Shown in pieces: positions 39,425 through 48,974 of a stretch of DNA of 64,000 nt (position 1 is the first letter of the stretch; each line of letters starts with the position of its first letter). The position numbers and the translations under genes were made by a program. The notes beneath the pieces are model-generated. The model was not told the origin of the DNA. It did not search any database and worked only from the letters and a program-made list of their open reading frames with translations. Source of the DNA: Candidatus Bathyarchaeota archaeon (GTDB taxonomy: Archaea; Thermoproteota; Bathyarchaeia; Bathyarchaeales; Bathycorpusculaceae); assembly GCA_963775465.1 (NCBI GenBank), contig CAVZIW010000002.1, positions 32,001 to 96,000 on the forward strand, in the 5' to 3' direction.

Positions 39425-39525
39425 TTCATTTTTGTCTCCTGTTCGTTGAATTGTTTATACTCTCGTCTCAAAAAATTATGTGCGAGAATTTTTCCGTGGC
39501 TTTTTTAGAGGTTAACCTGGGTGCA

Positions 39526-39576
39526 TCAGAGAATTTGTACCCGACGATCCCAGCTATCGAGGTGACGATCCCTCAT
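39526..39576 (-). CDS. Putative branched-chain-amino-acid leader peptide, MRDRHLDSWDRRVQIL (alternative ATG at 39582)
   Basis: SD GAGGT, then ATG AAT ATG...GTA CAA ATT CTC TGA; ends 101 nt upstream of ilvB. Confidence 0.5.
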   Translation of the reverse strand: MRDRHLDSWDRRVQIL

Positions 39577-39762
39577 ATTCATACCTCTTTAAACTCCGCG
39601 TACTTTTAAAGTTACATCCGTGAGAAAATAAAAAGTTTGTGGTGTTTGCTAAAATAATACGTAGCAATCCGCAAACAACAATCAGGACTAAAGTATCTCA
39701 TTTATCGAGTAAGTTAACTTTTGACCTGATTTTACAGTTCAATCAAAGCGATGAATTTAGAA

Positions 39763-41317
39763 TCATGCCGCGTTTCTAGTTCTGCTATTGACTTCAGTGC
39801 TGTTATTATGGTTGTAATCAGTCGTGAGTACGTTCATGCCGCTGATTACTGCATCCATGCTGGCTTTCACGATGTCTTCGCGGACGCCCAAGGCAGTGAC
39901 CCTTCGGTTGCCTTTTCGCATGTGAACAACCACTTCAACCATTGCATCTGTTCCACCTGTTATAGCTTTGACGTTGTATTGTTCTAGCGTTATTGGTTCT
40001 GTCTCTTTAATTGCGTCTTTGACAGCGTTTATGGCTGCATCGACAGGTCCAACTCCGACTGCTGTCCCCCAAACATCTTTACCATTTACGTTAAGACGTA
40101 CTGAAGCAGTTGCGGTGACTTTGTTTCCTCCCACAAAGGTCATTTCCTGCAGTTGAATCGGTTTAACTGCGCTTAAGCCCATAACGGTTTCGGCAATAGC
40201 CAGCACGTCCGCATCCATCACAGTTTTGCCTTTATCACCCAGTTCTTTAACTCTTTGAAAAATCTCTTTGAACTGTTCTTCACTAGGTTTTAATCCCATA
40301 TATTCGAGGTTAGCGCGTATTGCGTGCGAACCTGAGTGTTTTCCTGCAGATATACGGCGGGTGCAGCCGACTAGTTCAGGAGAGATTGGCTCATAAGTCA
40401 ACGGGTTAGAGAGCAAACCTTGAGTGTGGATGCCTGACTCATGTGTGAAGGCGTTTTCGCCGACTATGGCTTTATTTGGTTGTACATGTATGCCAGTTAA
40501 CCTTGAAACCAGCTGCGAGGTGCCATATAGCAGTTCAGTTTTTATTTTTAAGTCCAATTTGTAGAGTGATTTGAGAGTGATTACGACTTCTTCTAGTGCT
40601 GCGTTGCCTGCACGTTCACCTAAACCGTTTATGGTTGCATGAACTTCCTCTGCTCCAACACCTAAAGCAGCAACTGAATTGGCTACAGCCATTCCAAAGT
40701 CGTTGTGGCAATGTACGCCCACTGGGACTTTGATGTTTTCTTTTAGTTTTAAGAAATACTCTACTGTTCTTTCAGGAGTTAAAATACCCACAGTGTCACA
40801 TGGGACAACTCTGTCAACTCCACAAACGACAGCTTTCTGAAAGACCTGGACAAGATAATCAAAATTTGACCGTGTTGCATCCTCAGCCAACAACTCCACT
40901 ATCAAACCGTGTTCTTTCGCATAAGTTATACAATCCTCTGTTGCCTTAAGAATCTGTTCCCGAGTCTTTTTCAGCTTACATTCAATATGCAAGTCTGAAG
41001 TCGGTATGATCATACTTATGGTGGATGCTTCGCTTTTCAAAACAGCGTCTATGTCGTTTTTTGTTCCTCTAGCTGCGCTGCTAACTTGCGCCCTTAGACC
41101 TTGTTTGGCTACGAGTTTGACGGATTCCATTTCACCTTCAGAAACCGCAGCAAACCCTGCTTCAATCACGTCTACACCCAGGTCGTCTAGACGTTGTGCT
41201 ATGCGAAGTTTGTTTTCTGGAACAAGAGAGACTCCGGGTGTTTGTTCACCATCGCGTAGGGTGGTGTCTAAAAATTTTATGGTTTTAGGGAAGCGGTTGA
41301 ATAAAGCAATACCCCAT
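39763..41317 (-). CDS. LeuA/CimA-family synthase (probably citramalate synthase); 5' end frameshifted or non-canonical
   Basis: IKFLDTTLRDGEQTPG is in frame upstream of the ORF-track start (41169); also HCHNDFG and HESGIH. The nearest ATG (41317) is 1 nt out of frame across a G4 run. Confidence 0.85.
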
Positions 41318-41615
41318 TTAAATCACATCTCTTGTTTCACCGTCAAGCCAAGATATAAAATTTATGGTGGCCGATTCATGCACGTTTACGATCTGGGTTG
41401 GTTAGGCAAGGGGGTAATTAAGAAAATTGTTTAGAACTAAACTCATGTGTTACAGAAGAAAAACGATCTGTAGCCCTGAACCAGAATACCGTGACTTCAC
41501 AAAAACAATTGACCATCAGGTTTGGGATCCGAAAGGATTAACATTTGTTGCTGTGAAGGCACAATCACAAGTTTTTAAATAGAGTCAAAAGCCTCTTAAT
41601 TCACCCAAATAGGAG

Positions 41616-42044
41616 ATGAAATTTTTTATGGCAGATATAGTTGATACCGCAGTAGCGGCCGGTAATTTTAAAACACTCGTAGCAGCTGTAACGGCAGCAA
41701 AATTAGTTGACACATTAAAAAGCAAAGGTCCATTCACGGTTTTTGCACCCACAGACGAAGCATTCGCAAAATTACCAAAAGGTACAGTTGAAGGACTACT
41801 AAAAGACATCCCTAAACTCACAGCAATTCTAAAATATCATGTCGTTGAGGGAGCGGTACCTGCGGCAGACGTGGTACAGCACAAAAACATAACAACACTC
41901 CAAGGTCAAGACCTAAAAGTTGACGCTGTTAAATGGCATCTTCACAAGAATGTAAAGATAAACGACGCTGACATAGTAAAAGCGGACATAACTACGGATA
42001 ACGGAGTAATACACGTAATCGACAAAGTATTGTTGCCAACGTAG
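41616..42044 (+). CDS. Fasciclin (FAS1) domain protein
   Basis: [49 protein letters not shown]; no signal peptide. Confidence 0.93.
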   Translation: MKFFMADIVDTAVAAGNFKTLVAAVTAAKLVDTLKSKGPFTVFAPTDEAFAKLPKGTVEGLLKDIPKLTAILKYHVVEGAVPAADVVQHKNITTLQGQDLKVDAVKWHLHKNVKINDADIVKADITTDNGVIHVIDKVLLPT

Positions 42045-42102
42045 AGCAAAACAAAAATACCTTCTTTTTTTATTGTTATTTTGTTCATTGGTGGATATAA
42101 TA

Positions 42103-43116
42103 GTGGAAGACATAGTAGTTGTCGATGACCTGCATAAAACTTATGGAAAAAATGTAATTGCTGTAGACGGCATATCGTTTAATGTTAAGAAAGGAGAGAT
42201 TTTTGGTTTCTTGGGCCCAAACGGCGCAGGCAAAAGCACGACGATCAAAATCCTCACAACATTGTTAGAAAAAACCTCTGGAAAAGCCACGATCGATGGA
42301 CTTGACATTGATGCTGACCAGGCAAAAGTGAGGCGAATAATCGGTTACTCCTCACAGGAAGTGGGAGTAGATGACGACCTCACCGCACGGGAGAACCTTA
42401 TGCTTCAATGTAGCTTCCATCACATTCCAAAAGAAAAAGCAAAACCCAAGGTAAACGAGCTCCTCCAAACAATTCGTCTCTTTGAGGCTGCCGATAGACG
42501 ATTGAAAACGTTTTCGGGAGGCATGAGAAAACGACTAGACTTAGCCTCATCATTAGTTTCAGATCCAAAAATCCTGTTCTTAGATGAGCCAACAACAGGG
42601 TTAGATCCTCAGAGTAGACAAGATATCTGGGAGTACATAATCAAACTGAACCGCGAAGGGATGACAATATTTCTAACAACACAATACATGGAAGAGGCAG
42701 ATCGCTTAGCCAATAGATTATGCATTGTAGACCAAGGAAAAATCGTAGCCGAAGGTACACCCGCCGAACTCAAAGCACAGGTAGGAGCAGACAAGATCAC
42801 TCTCCGTTTCAAAATAGATGATCATAAGGGCTGTGAGAAAGCCAAAGACTTGATGTCCAAGTTGCAGGAAATCGAAGCTGTTGGTAAATGTGGAGACGGG
42901 GTAGTTGCTGAAAATAGTTTAACAATAATGACCAAAAACGGCTCCGCCATAATCACACAGGTAGTAAGAGCTTTGGATGGAGCCGGAATAAACGTGGAAC
43001 AGCTCAACCTTTCAGCTCCCACTCTTGATGAAGTCTTCTTAAAGCTTACAGGAAAAACCCTCAATGTAGTGGAACGCAAGCAAAAAACAGGTGGATGGGG
43101 AAGAAGGAGAAGATGA
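42103..43116 (+). CDS. ABC exporter ATPase (DrrA-like)
   Basis: GPNGAGKST, FSGGMRKRL, LDEPTTGLDP; likely GTG start at 42103. Confidence 0.92.
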   Translation: MEDIVVVDDLHKTYGKNVIAVDGISFNVKKGEIFGFLGPNGAGKSTTIKILTTLLEKTSGKATIDGLDIDADQAKVRRIIGYSSQEVGVDDDLTARENLMLQCSFHHIPKEKAKPKVNELLQTIRLFEAADRRLKTFSGGMRKRLDLASSLVSDPKILFLDEPTTGLDPQSRQDIWEYIIKLNREGMTIFLTTQYMEEADRLANRLCIVDQGKIVAEGTPAELKAQVGADKITLRFKIDDHKGCEKAKDLMSKLQEIEAVGKCGDGVVAENSLTIMTKNGSAIITQVVRALDGAGINVEQLNLSAPTLDEVFLKLTGKTLNVVERKQKTGGWGRRRR

Positions 43117-43901
43117 ATATGATGGATATGGTATCGGAAGTCGTTGCGATTTTCTCCCGTTGGAACAAAAAACTACTCCGCCAACCTATTTTGATCTTTT
43201 TCAATCTTATTCAACCTTTGGTGTGGTTCCTGCTTTTTACCCAAGCCTTCTCAGCAATAGGAAACATACCTTCATTCCAGTTGCTCACCGGCACTAGCAG
43301 CTACATCACATTCTTCACTGCCGCTGTCATAATACAAACCATAGCCTCCTCAGCGCTTAACACCGGAATCGGCTTAGTCAACGACTTTGACAGCGGATTC
43401 ATGGACAAAATGAGAGTGGCCCCAATCAACAAATCCTCCATCTTGTTCGGCAGACTATTCAGCAGTGCCCTTACCACAGTCATCCAGGTTGCTATAATAT
43501 TACTTATAGGCCTAGTTTTGGGGGTGAACATAGCTTCCGGCGTTTTGGGTGCAATCGTTATTTTCATCTTAGCTGCCTTGTTCGGAATTGCTTGGTCAGG
43601 CATATCTCTGTTTGTAGCTCTAAACACAAAGAACGCAGAGACAACTCTTTCTGTGGGGTTACTTACCACTTTTCCGTTGTTATTCCTTTCTGCATCCGTA
43701 ATGCCAATAGGGTTATTACCGAGCTGGGTACAGCAAGTAGCGAACGTTAACCCATTCACCTACATCGCAGAGGCATTCCAATCACTAATCATCAACGGTT
43801 TTGCCTGGCAAAAAATAGAATACGCTTTAATCGCCATTTTCATCGTTGGAGTGATAAGCTTAGGTGCAAGCATATTACTGTTCAGACGAAAAGTATCCTG
43901 A
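43095..43901 (+). CDS. ABC-2 type exporter permease
   Basis: About 6 TM segments, QPLVWFLLF, LPSW...NPFTY; overlaps the ATPase gene. Confidence 0.9.
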   Translation: MGKKEKMNMMDMVSEVVAIFSRWNKKLLRQPILIFFNLIQPLVWFLLFTQAFSAIGNIPSFQLLTGTSSYITFFTAAVIIQTIASSALNTGIGLVNDFDSGFMDKMRVAPINKSSILFGRLFSSALTTVIQVAIILLIGLVLGVNIASGVLGAIVIFILAALFGIAWSGISLFVALNTKNAETTLSVGLLTTFPLLFLSASVMPIGLLPSWVQQVANVNPFTYIAEAFQSLIINGFAWQKIEYALIAIFIVGVISLGASILLFRRKVS

Positions 43902-44024
43902 CCCAAAAAAACTTTGCGTAAATTCCAAAACAATCCGCCATCTGAGCTAAACACCAAATTAGTATAAAGCAGACACCAAATTTTTTATACATAAAACACG
44001 AAATAAGCATAAGGGAGATTAAAA

Positions 44025-44795
44025 TTGGCAGCCAACAATTCAGTCTTGCTTAAATGGTCAAACATAGTTGCTTTTGTGTTCACCGTAATAGTTAACAGTT
44101 TAGCAGGCAGCACCAAACTAATAGGTGGGGTCACTACAGCTCAGATTTCCGATGCGAACCCCACATTAATTACTCCCGCAGGCTACGTTTTCTCTATATG
44201 GGGAATAATCTATGTTTTATTAGGCGTTTTTGTTGTCTTCCAAGCTCTACCAAGCCAAAAAGGAAAAGAATATACCAAAAAAATCGGCTGGTTATTTGTC
44301 CTAAGCAGCATAATAAACATTGCTTGGCTTTTCCTATGGCAATACAACTTCCTTAGCCTATCTGTTGTGCTTATTTTTCTGCTTTTGATAACTCTAATAT
44401 TTATCTACACTCGCCTTGGAATAGGCAAAACTCAAGCTAAGTTAAGTGAAAAACTAGCAACCCAGTTACCCTTCAGCGTTTACTTGGGCTGGATAACAAT
44501 AGCCTCAATCGCTAACGTTTCAGTTACATTGGTTTCAATAGGCTGGGACGGCTTTGGAATAGGAGCTGAAACTTGGGCAACGTTGATTGTAATAGTTGCA
44601 TTAGCTATTACCTTACTAGTGTTAGCTACGAGAAGAGACCTCGGTTATGGTCTCGTTATTGTCTGGGCGCTTATTGGTATTGCTGTTAAACAAAGTGGAA
44701 ACCAAAACATCTTTACATTGCTCGAGGCAAGCATAATTATTGTGATAATAGCAATTGTTGCAACACTCATTGTTAGTAGATTTAAAAAACATTGA
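44025..44795 (+). CDS. TspO-like tryptophan-rich membrane protein
   Basis: VNSLA, ISD..PTLITPAGYVFSIWGIIY, PFSVYLGWITIA; multiple TM helices. Confidence 0.75.
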   Translation: MAANNSVLLKWSNIVAFVFTVIVNSLAGSTKLIGGVTTAQISDANPTLITPAGYVFSIWGIIYVLLGVFVVFQALPSQKGKEYTKKIGWLFVLSSIINIAWLFLWQYNFLSLSVVLIFLLLITLIFIYTRLGIGKTQAKLSEKLATQLPFSVYLGWITIASIANVSVTLVSIGWDGFGIGAETWATLIVIVALAITLLVLATRRDLGYGLVIVWALIGIAVKQSGNQNIFTLLEASIIIVIIAIVATLIVSRFKKH

Positions 44796-44865
44796 TAACT
44801 TAATAATAGCCCGCTTGCGCAAATGTGTAATTTGTCATTCTTAGCGCTATAAAAAAAGAGAAGAT

Positions 44866-45039
44866 TTAGAGTTTTTCTGGAGCGCAGAGGTTTTCGGCTT
44901 TCGCAGCAGTTCTGTAGCAGCCTTTGCAAATGTACTTTGCATCTTTCACTAATGGCTTTACCTTTTCTATTGGTACTTTGTCCTCTACCATTTTGCAGAG
45001 GTGATGTTCATGTCCAGGATGAGGTTGAGCTTTAGACAA
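44866..45039 (-). CDS. Small His/Cys metal-binding protein (57 aa), absent from the ORF track
   Basis: TTG start after SD AGGTG: MSKAQPHPGHEHHLCKMVEDKVPIEKVKPLVKDAKYICKGCYRTAAKAENLCAPEKL*. Confidence 0.75.
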   Translation of the reverse strand: MSKAQPHPGHEHHLCKMVEDKVPIEKVKPLVKDAKYICKGCYRTAAKAENLCAPEKL

Positions 45040-45141
45040 AATATAACACCTAAACTAGAAGAAAAACGTGGCTTGGTATATAATTATCGGTAGCGCCAAC
45101 TACATAGAGCGCAGAAAGCTCCATACAAAAAGTTTCAAAAA

Positions 45142-45660
45142 CTACTGTTCAAATTCGATAGGAACCGCCACTTCATTTCTTCGCATAAACCACGGAGTAA
45201 AGGGACCATTATATCTCATCGAAAAAACGTTGCCTTGGGTCTTAATGTTAGCCTTTTTGAGTTCTTCTAGCAACTCTTTGGATTTCTTTTTGAATAATGA
45301 ATTGGACCAACGACCAGAAAACCGTAATGCGGCAACAACTCTTTCAGGAATTTCTACAATTTTAACCTGGTTATCAAGAGGCTCAGGCGTACTTTCAAGC
45401 GTAAACCCTTCGGGCATCACAAAAGCTATCGAACCTGCCTCAGACAATACTGGGGCGGTCATGGCTATTTCCTCAGAAACAACAGGAGCAGTCATTGCAA
45501 CATTTGATTTTTGCCTATTATTGCCAGTGATGAAACTGAAAAGTAAGTTGAAGCCTCCATCACCATAACCATCTACCCTTGCTATTACTAAAAGCGGGTA
45601 GCGTCTGATCTCAACTTTGCCAATTTCTCTGAGAACCTCGTACTTTGCCTGAGCAACCAT
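45142..45660 (-). CDS. SOUL heme-binding protein
   Basis: Y.V...EIRRY, GF..LF.FI.G.N, IAMTAPV, YN.P.TP...RRNEV. Confidence 0.92.
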   Translation of the reverse strand: MVAQAKYEVLREIGKVEIRRYPLLVIARVDGYGDGGFNLLFSFITGNNRQKSNVAMTAPVVSEEIAMTAPVLSEAGSIAFVMPEGFTLESTPEPLDNQVKIVEIPERVVAALRFSGRWSNSLFKKKSKELLEELKKANIKTQGNVFSMRYNGPFTPWFMRRNEVAVPIEFEQ

Positions 45661-45775
45661 AATGCTATAGAGAAAACTGGCAGGATATAATGATTTTCAT
45701 TAAATTGTTGGCCATCTTTGTTATGCATAGATTAAGCTTAAAAAGAAATTTCAACAATATAATAAGTGAGGTTAT

Positions 45776-46609
45776 TTGTTGAATTTTAAAGAAAGACAGG
45801 AAATAATTGCGAAATCACCCATATCTTTTAGATACCTAAAGAAATTCAACACTGGTGCAGGAACATTGCAACTGTTAAATGGAATTGCAATTCTGGCATT
45901 AACCTTTCTTTTGACTTGGCCTAAAGGAACCGACATCTACACCTTCTACCTAACTTTTGCACATGTTAGTCCAACAAACCCGGCAATTTTCGCCGTGCCA
46001 AACCCCCAAGTTCTCTTCACCGTAACTCATTTGGGGCTGCTACTTGCCGCATTCCCGCTAATCTCAGCCTTTGCACATTTCATGATTGCTTTTCCAAAAA
46101 ACAAAGCCTACAACGAAAACCTAAAGAAAGGAATGAATCCATATCGATGGTACGAATACGCTTTCTCAAGCTCAATAATGATCTGGATAATTGCAACTTT
46201 CGTTGGAATCTGGGACTTTTGGTCGTTAGCAATGATATTTGTTTTAAACGCCATGATGATAATGTTTGGATACCTCATGGAGTTGGTAAATCAGAAAACA
46301 GATAAAACAAACTGGTCATCGTTCCTTCTGGGATGCATTTCAGGTGGATTTCCATGGATTGTCCTTTTCTCATACTTCACAGGCGCTGTCATAAATAGTG
46401 AAAACAACGTTCCAAACTTCGTGTACGTCATATTCATCATATATCTAGTGTTGTTCATGAGTTTCGCAGTCAACCAGGTTCTGCAATACAAGGGCGTTGG
46501 TAAATGGAAAGATTATCTTTACGGCGAAAGAACCTACATAGTCCTTAGCTTCATAGCAAAGACATTTCTGGTTTGGTTAGTGTTTGTTGGTCTATTCAGA
46601 CCCTTCTAA
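45776..46609 (+). CDS. heR: Heliorhodopsin
   Basis: 7 TM helices; NPYRWYEYAFSSSIM, SAFAH, LMELVNQ, and GERTYIVLSFIAK with the retinal-binding Lys. Confidence 0.93.
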   Translation: MLNFKERQEIIAKSPISFRYLKKFNTGAGTLQLLNGIAILALTFLLTWPKGTDIYTFYLTFAHVSPTNPAIFAVPNPQVLFTVTHLGLLLAAFPLISAFAHFMIAFPKNKAYNENLKKGMNPYRWYEYAFSSSIMIWIIATFVGIWDFWSLAMIFVLNAMMIMFGYLMELVNQKTDKTNWSSFLLGCISGGFPWIVLFSYFTGAVINSENNVPNFVYVIFIIYLVLFMSFAVNQVLQYKGVGKWKDYLYGERTYIVLSFIAKTFLVWLVFVGLFRPF

Positions 46610-46784
46610 CCTCTCCCTTTTCTTTTTGATAATGAAGCATAATTCAATTAACCAAATGATAAACAAACGATTTTCTGACAAATATTGCGCTATTTCCACT
46701 TAACACGCGCGGTTAAGAAAAAGCAATCGATTAAGTCAGACAAGGAAATGTTGATTAAATTGTCTTAATTAAAAAGGTTAAAAT

Positions 46785-47518
46785 CTACAACTCCTCCAGC
46801 AATTGCACTGTAGCAGTTATCGTTTGATTTTGTTGTAGCTCTCTGGAGACGGTGGCTGCATTGTCTCCTGTTTGGTTCCCATACCAACCGAAGAAAGCAT
46901 GATTGCCTCCAGAAATTTCCAATCGAACTGTTGAAGGCGGAAGAAGCTTCAAGGAATCATCAATTTGTGCTTCACTAACGAGTCCGTCGTTTGTACCGTG
47001 AACGGTAGTCACTAGCAGATTGCTACTTGACAGGTTTGCTCCAGAAGGCGGATATGCTGCCAATAGTATTATTCATTTGATCTTCGAAGGGTTGTCATGA
47101 GCAAACTGGGCAGCCATACTGCCCCCAAGAGAATGCCCCCGATTGCCCAAGCACTAATTTGCGGGTAAGATTTGATTACGTCATTTGCTATGTTTACTCC
47201 AAAAACAGCCAAATTAAGCGGCATCTGAGGAATTACAACAAGATATCCTTGGGAAGCTATTGCATGGGCATAGGGTGCATAAGATAGGTAATTAACTCTC
47301 CCACCGGGATAGAAAATAAAACCTGTCGTGTAGTTGGTAGCCTTGGGCTCAAATACTAGCCATTGCCCCTGAGAAACAGTAACGTTTGCATCAGACTTTA
47401 AAGCATCGTAGGCTTGTTGCATCGGAGATGGAGGCGTTTCAGCCCAAATGATAAAACCCGAAAAAACAACCAATACAGCAACCAATACAACAATGAGTAT
47501 TTTGTAACGTCTACGCAT
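46785..47518 (-). pseudogene. Membrane-anchored alpha/beta hydrolase (carboxylesterase-like), disrupted
   Basis: FYPGG, MPLNLAV, GGHSLGG (restored by adding one G at the G5 run 47136-47140), GTNDG, GGNHA.FG.YG.Q.GD. An in-frame TGA at 47073-47075 is a second lesion. Confidence 0.85.
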
Positions 47519-47529
47519 TTCTAATTCAC

Positions 47530-48405
47530 CTATCTTAAACCCAGAAGCCGAACTGTTTCATTCCAAAGTCGTTCCTGTATTTCTCGGTCATACGACGCCC
47601 GGCAAGTTTCAACTGTTTTCTTTTTAGAGAAGCATTTGCCTGTAAGATCCTTAACTTCATCAGATGAAGCCAAATACACCGATGTTTCAGCACCTTTCTT
47701 AGCGTTCACCTGCATTGGACGAACCATCTTAAACAAAAGCGATGAACTGAGGCTGCCACTGTTTTTTCCAAGATTAGTCGCGACAAAACCAGGCATCAGC
47801 ACATTTGCAGTAACTCCGGTACCATTAAGTCGCCTTGCTAGTTCATACGTAAACATCATTAGCATCAGTTTAGTGTTAGCGTAAACCGGTGCCCGCACGC
47901 GAGCATAAGCTTTCGTTTCTGCGTAGTTCTTTTGACTCTGGAGGTCATCAAGATCTACCTTGCCGTTTTTGGCTAGTCCGGAACTTACGTTGACTATTCG
48001 AGAAGGAGCGCTAGATTTAAGCAAATCCAACAATTCATGTGTTAGTAGAAATGGCCCTAAATAATTGACGGCAAACGTACGTTCAAAACCCTCTGGTGTA
48101 ACCTCTCGTTTATTGAACATAGCTCCAGCATTATTAACCAGTACATCGAGTCTATCATATTTCTTCTTGAATTCCTGTGAGAACCGCCTGATTGAATCCA
48201 TAGAAGACAAGTCGCAAATCATCAAATCGATGGATTTGTTTCCCGTTTGACTCACTATTTCAAATTGTGCTTTTTCGCCTCGGTCTTGGTTGCGAACGAC
48301 CATAACAACGTGGGCACCCATCTTAGCTAAGCTTAAGACCGTTTCTTTCCCAATTCCAGAGTTGCTGCCCGTTACAATGCAAATTTTCCCTTTCATTTCG
48401 CTCAT
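47530..48405 (-). CDS. Classical SDR of the retinol-dehydrogenase/WWOX-like group
   Basis: VTGSNSGIG, CDLSS, NNAG, FAVNYLGPFLLT, RIVNVSS, YANTK, GAETSVYLASS, RLWNET; likely start MSEMKG at 48405. Confidence 0.88.
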   Translation of the reverse strand: MSEMKGKICIVTGSNSGIGKETVLSLAKMGAHVVMVVRNQDRGEKAQFEIVSQTGNKSIDLMICDLSSMDSIRRFSQEFKKKYDRLDVLVNNAGAMFNKREVTPEGFERTFAVNYLGPFLLTHELLDLLKSSAPSRIVNVSSGLAKNGKVDLDDLQSQKNYAETKAYARVRAPVYANTKLMLMMFTYELARRLNGTGVTANVLMPGFVATNLGKNSGSLSSSLLFKMVRPMQVNAKKGAETSVYLASSDEVKDLTGKCFSKKKTVETCRASYDREIQERLWNETVRLLGLR

Positions 48406-48730
48406 ATACCCTCGTCCCAACACTTTAAGAGCGCAATTATAAACAAGTCGAAAGTTGTTTCTCAAATACTTTTGTGTTCTTAACAGTCCAGATCGCACAA
48501 TAGAAAACCTTTGAGTCGGCTTTCATTGAATAAAGTGGAGGCATTTAAATAAAAAATCAATAAAATCCTATTGTAGAATTTAATAATAAAAAAGATTTGA
48601 CTACATTGACTTCTGCTAATTAATAATTATGTTCTCTGTGCAATTTTGTTCTTAAAAAATTGCTGTCATAGCGCCTGCCAAATCCAAATAAGGAAAGAAA
48701 TGAGTCGTCTCAGAAGGTTGATAAATCTGC

Positions 48731-48949
48731 CTAGGGCGTGCTGCTTGTTTGTTTTTCTGAATTCTTGTGCGGTTTATAAATAACACCTGCGATGAATAAA
48801 ACAGCCCCAACAATGGGTAATACGAGTACTACTTCTTGGCCTCTTGCAAAATAGAGGACAAGGCCCACAAGAATTAATATCCCCCCAATTCCAAGGAGTC
48901 TCCCTTTGTTTGTTTGATAATAATCTTTCATGTCCACCGCTTTTCCCAC
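48731..48949 (-). CDS. Small 2-TM membrane protein
   Basis: SD AGGAGG, two hydrophobic segments; downstream of the ABC permease gene. Confidence 0.6.
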   Translation of the reverse strand: MGKAVDMKDYYQTNKGRLLGIGGILILVGLVLYFARGQEVVLVLPIVGAVLFIAGVIYKPHKNSEKQTSSTP

Positions 48950-48974
48950 CTCCTTCTCGGCGCTTCCAACTTTG

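Noticed and set aside
47073-47075. In-frame TGA as selenocysteine or recoding
   Set aside because: The position corresponds to a Gly-like residue and the gene is also frameshifted. TGA acts as a normal stop elsewhere in the window.
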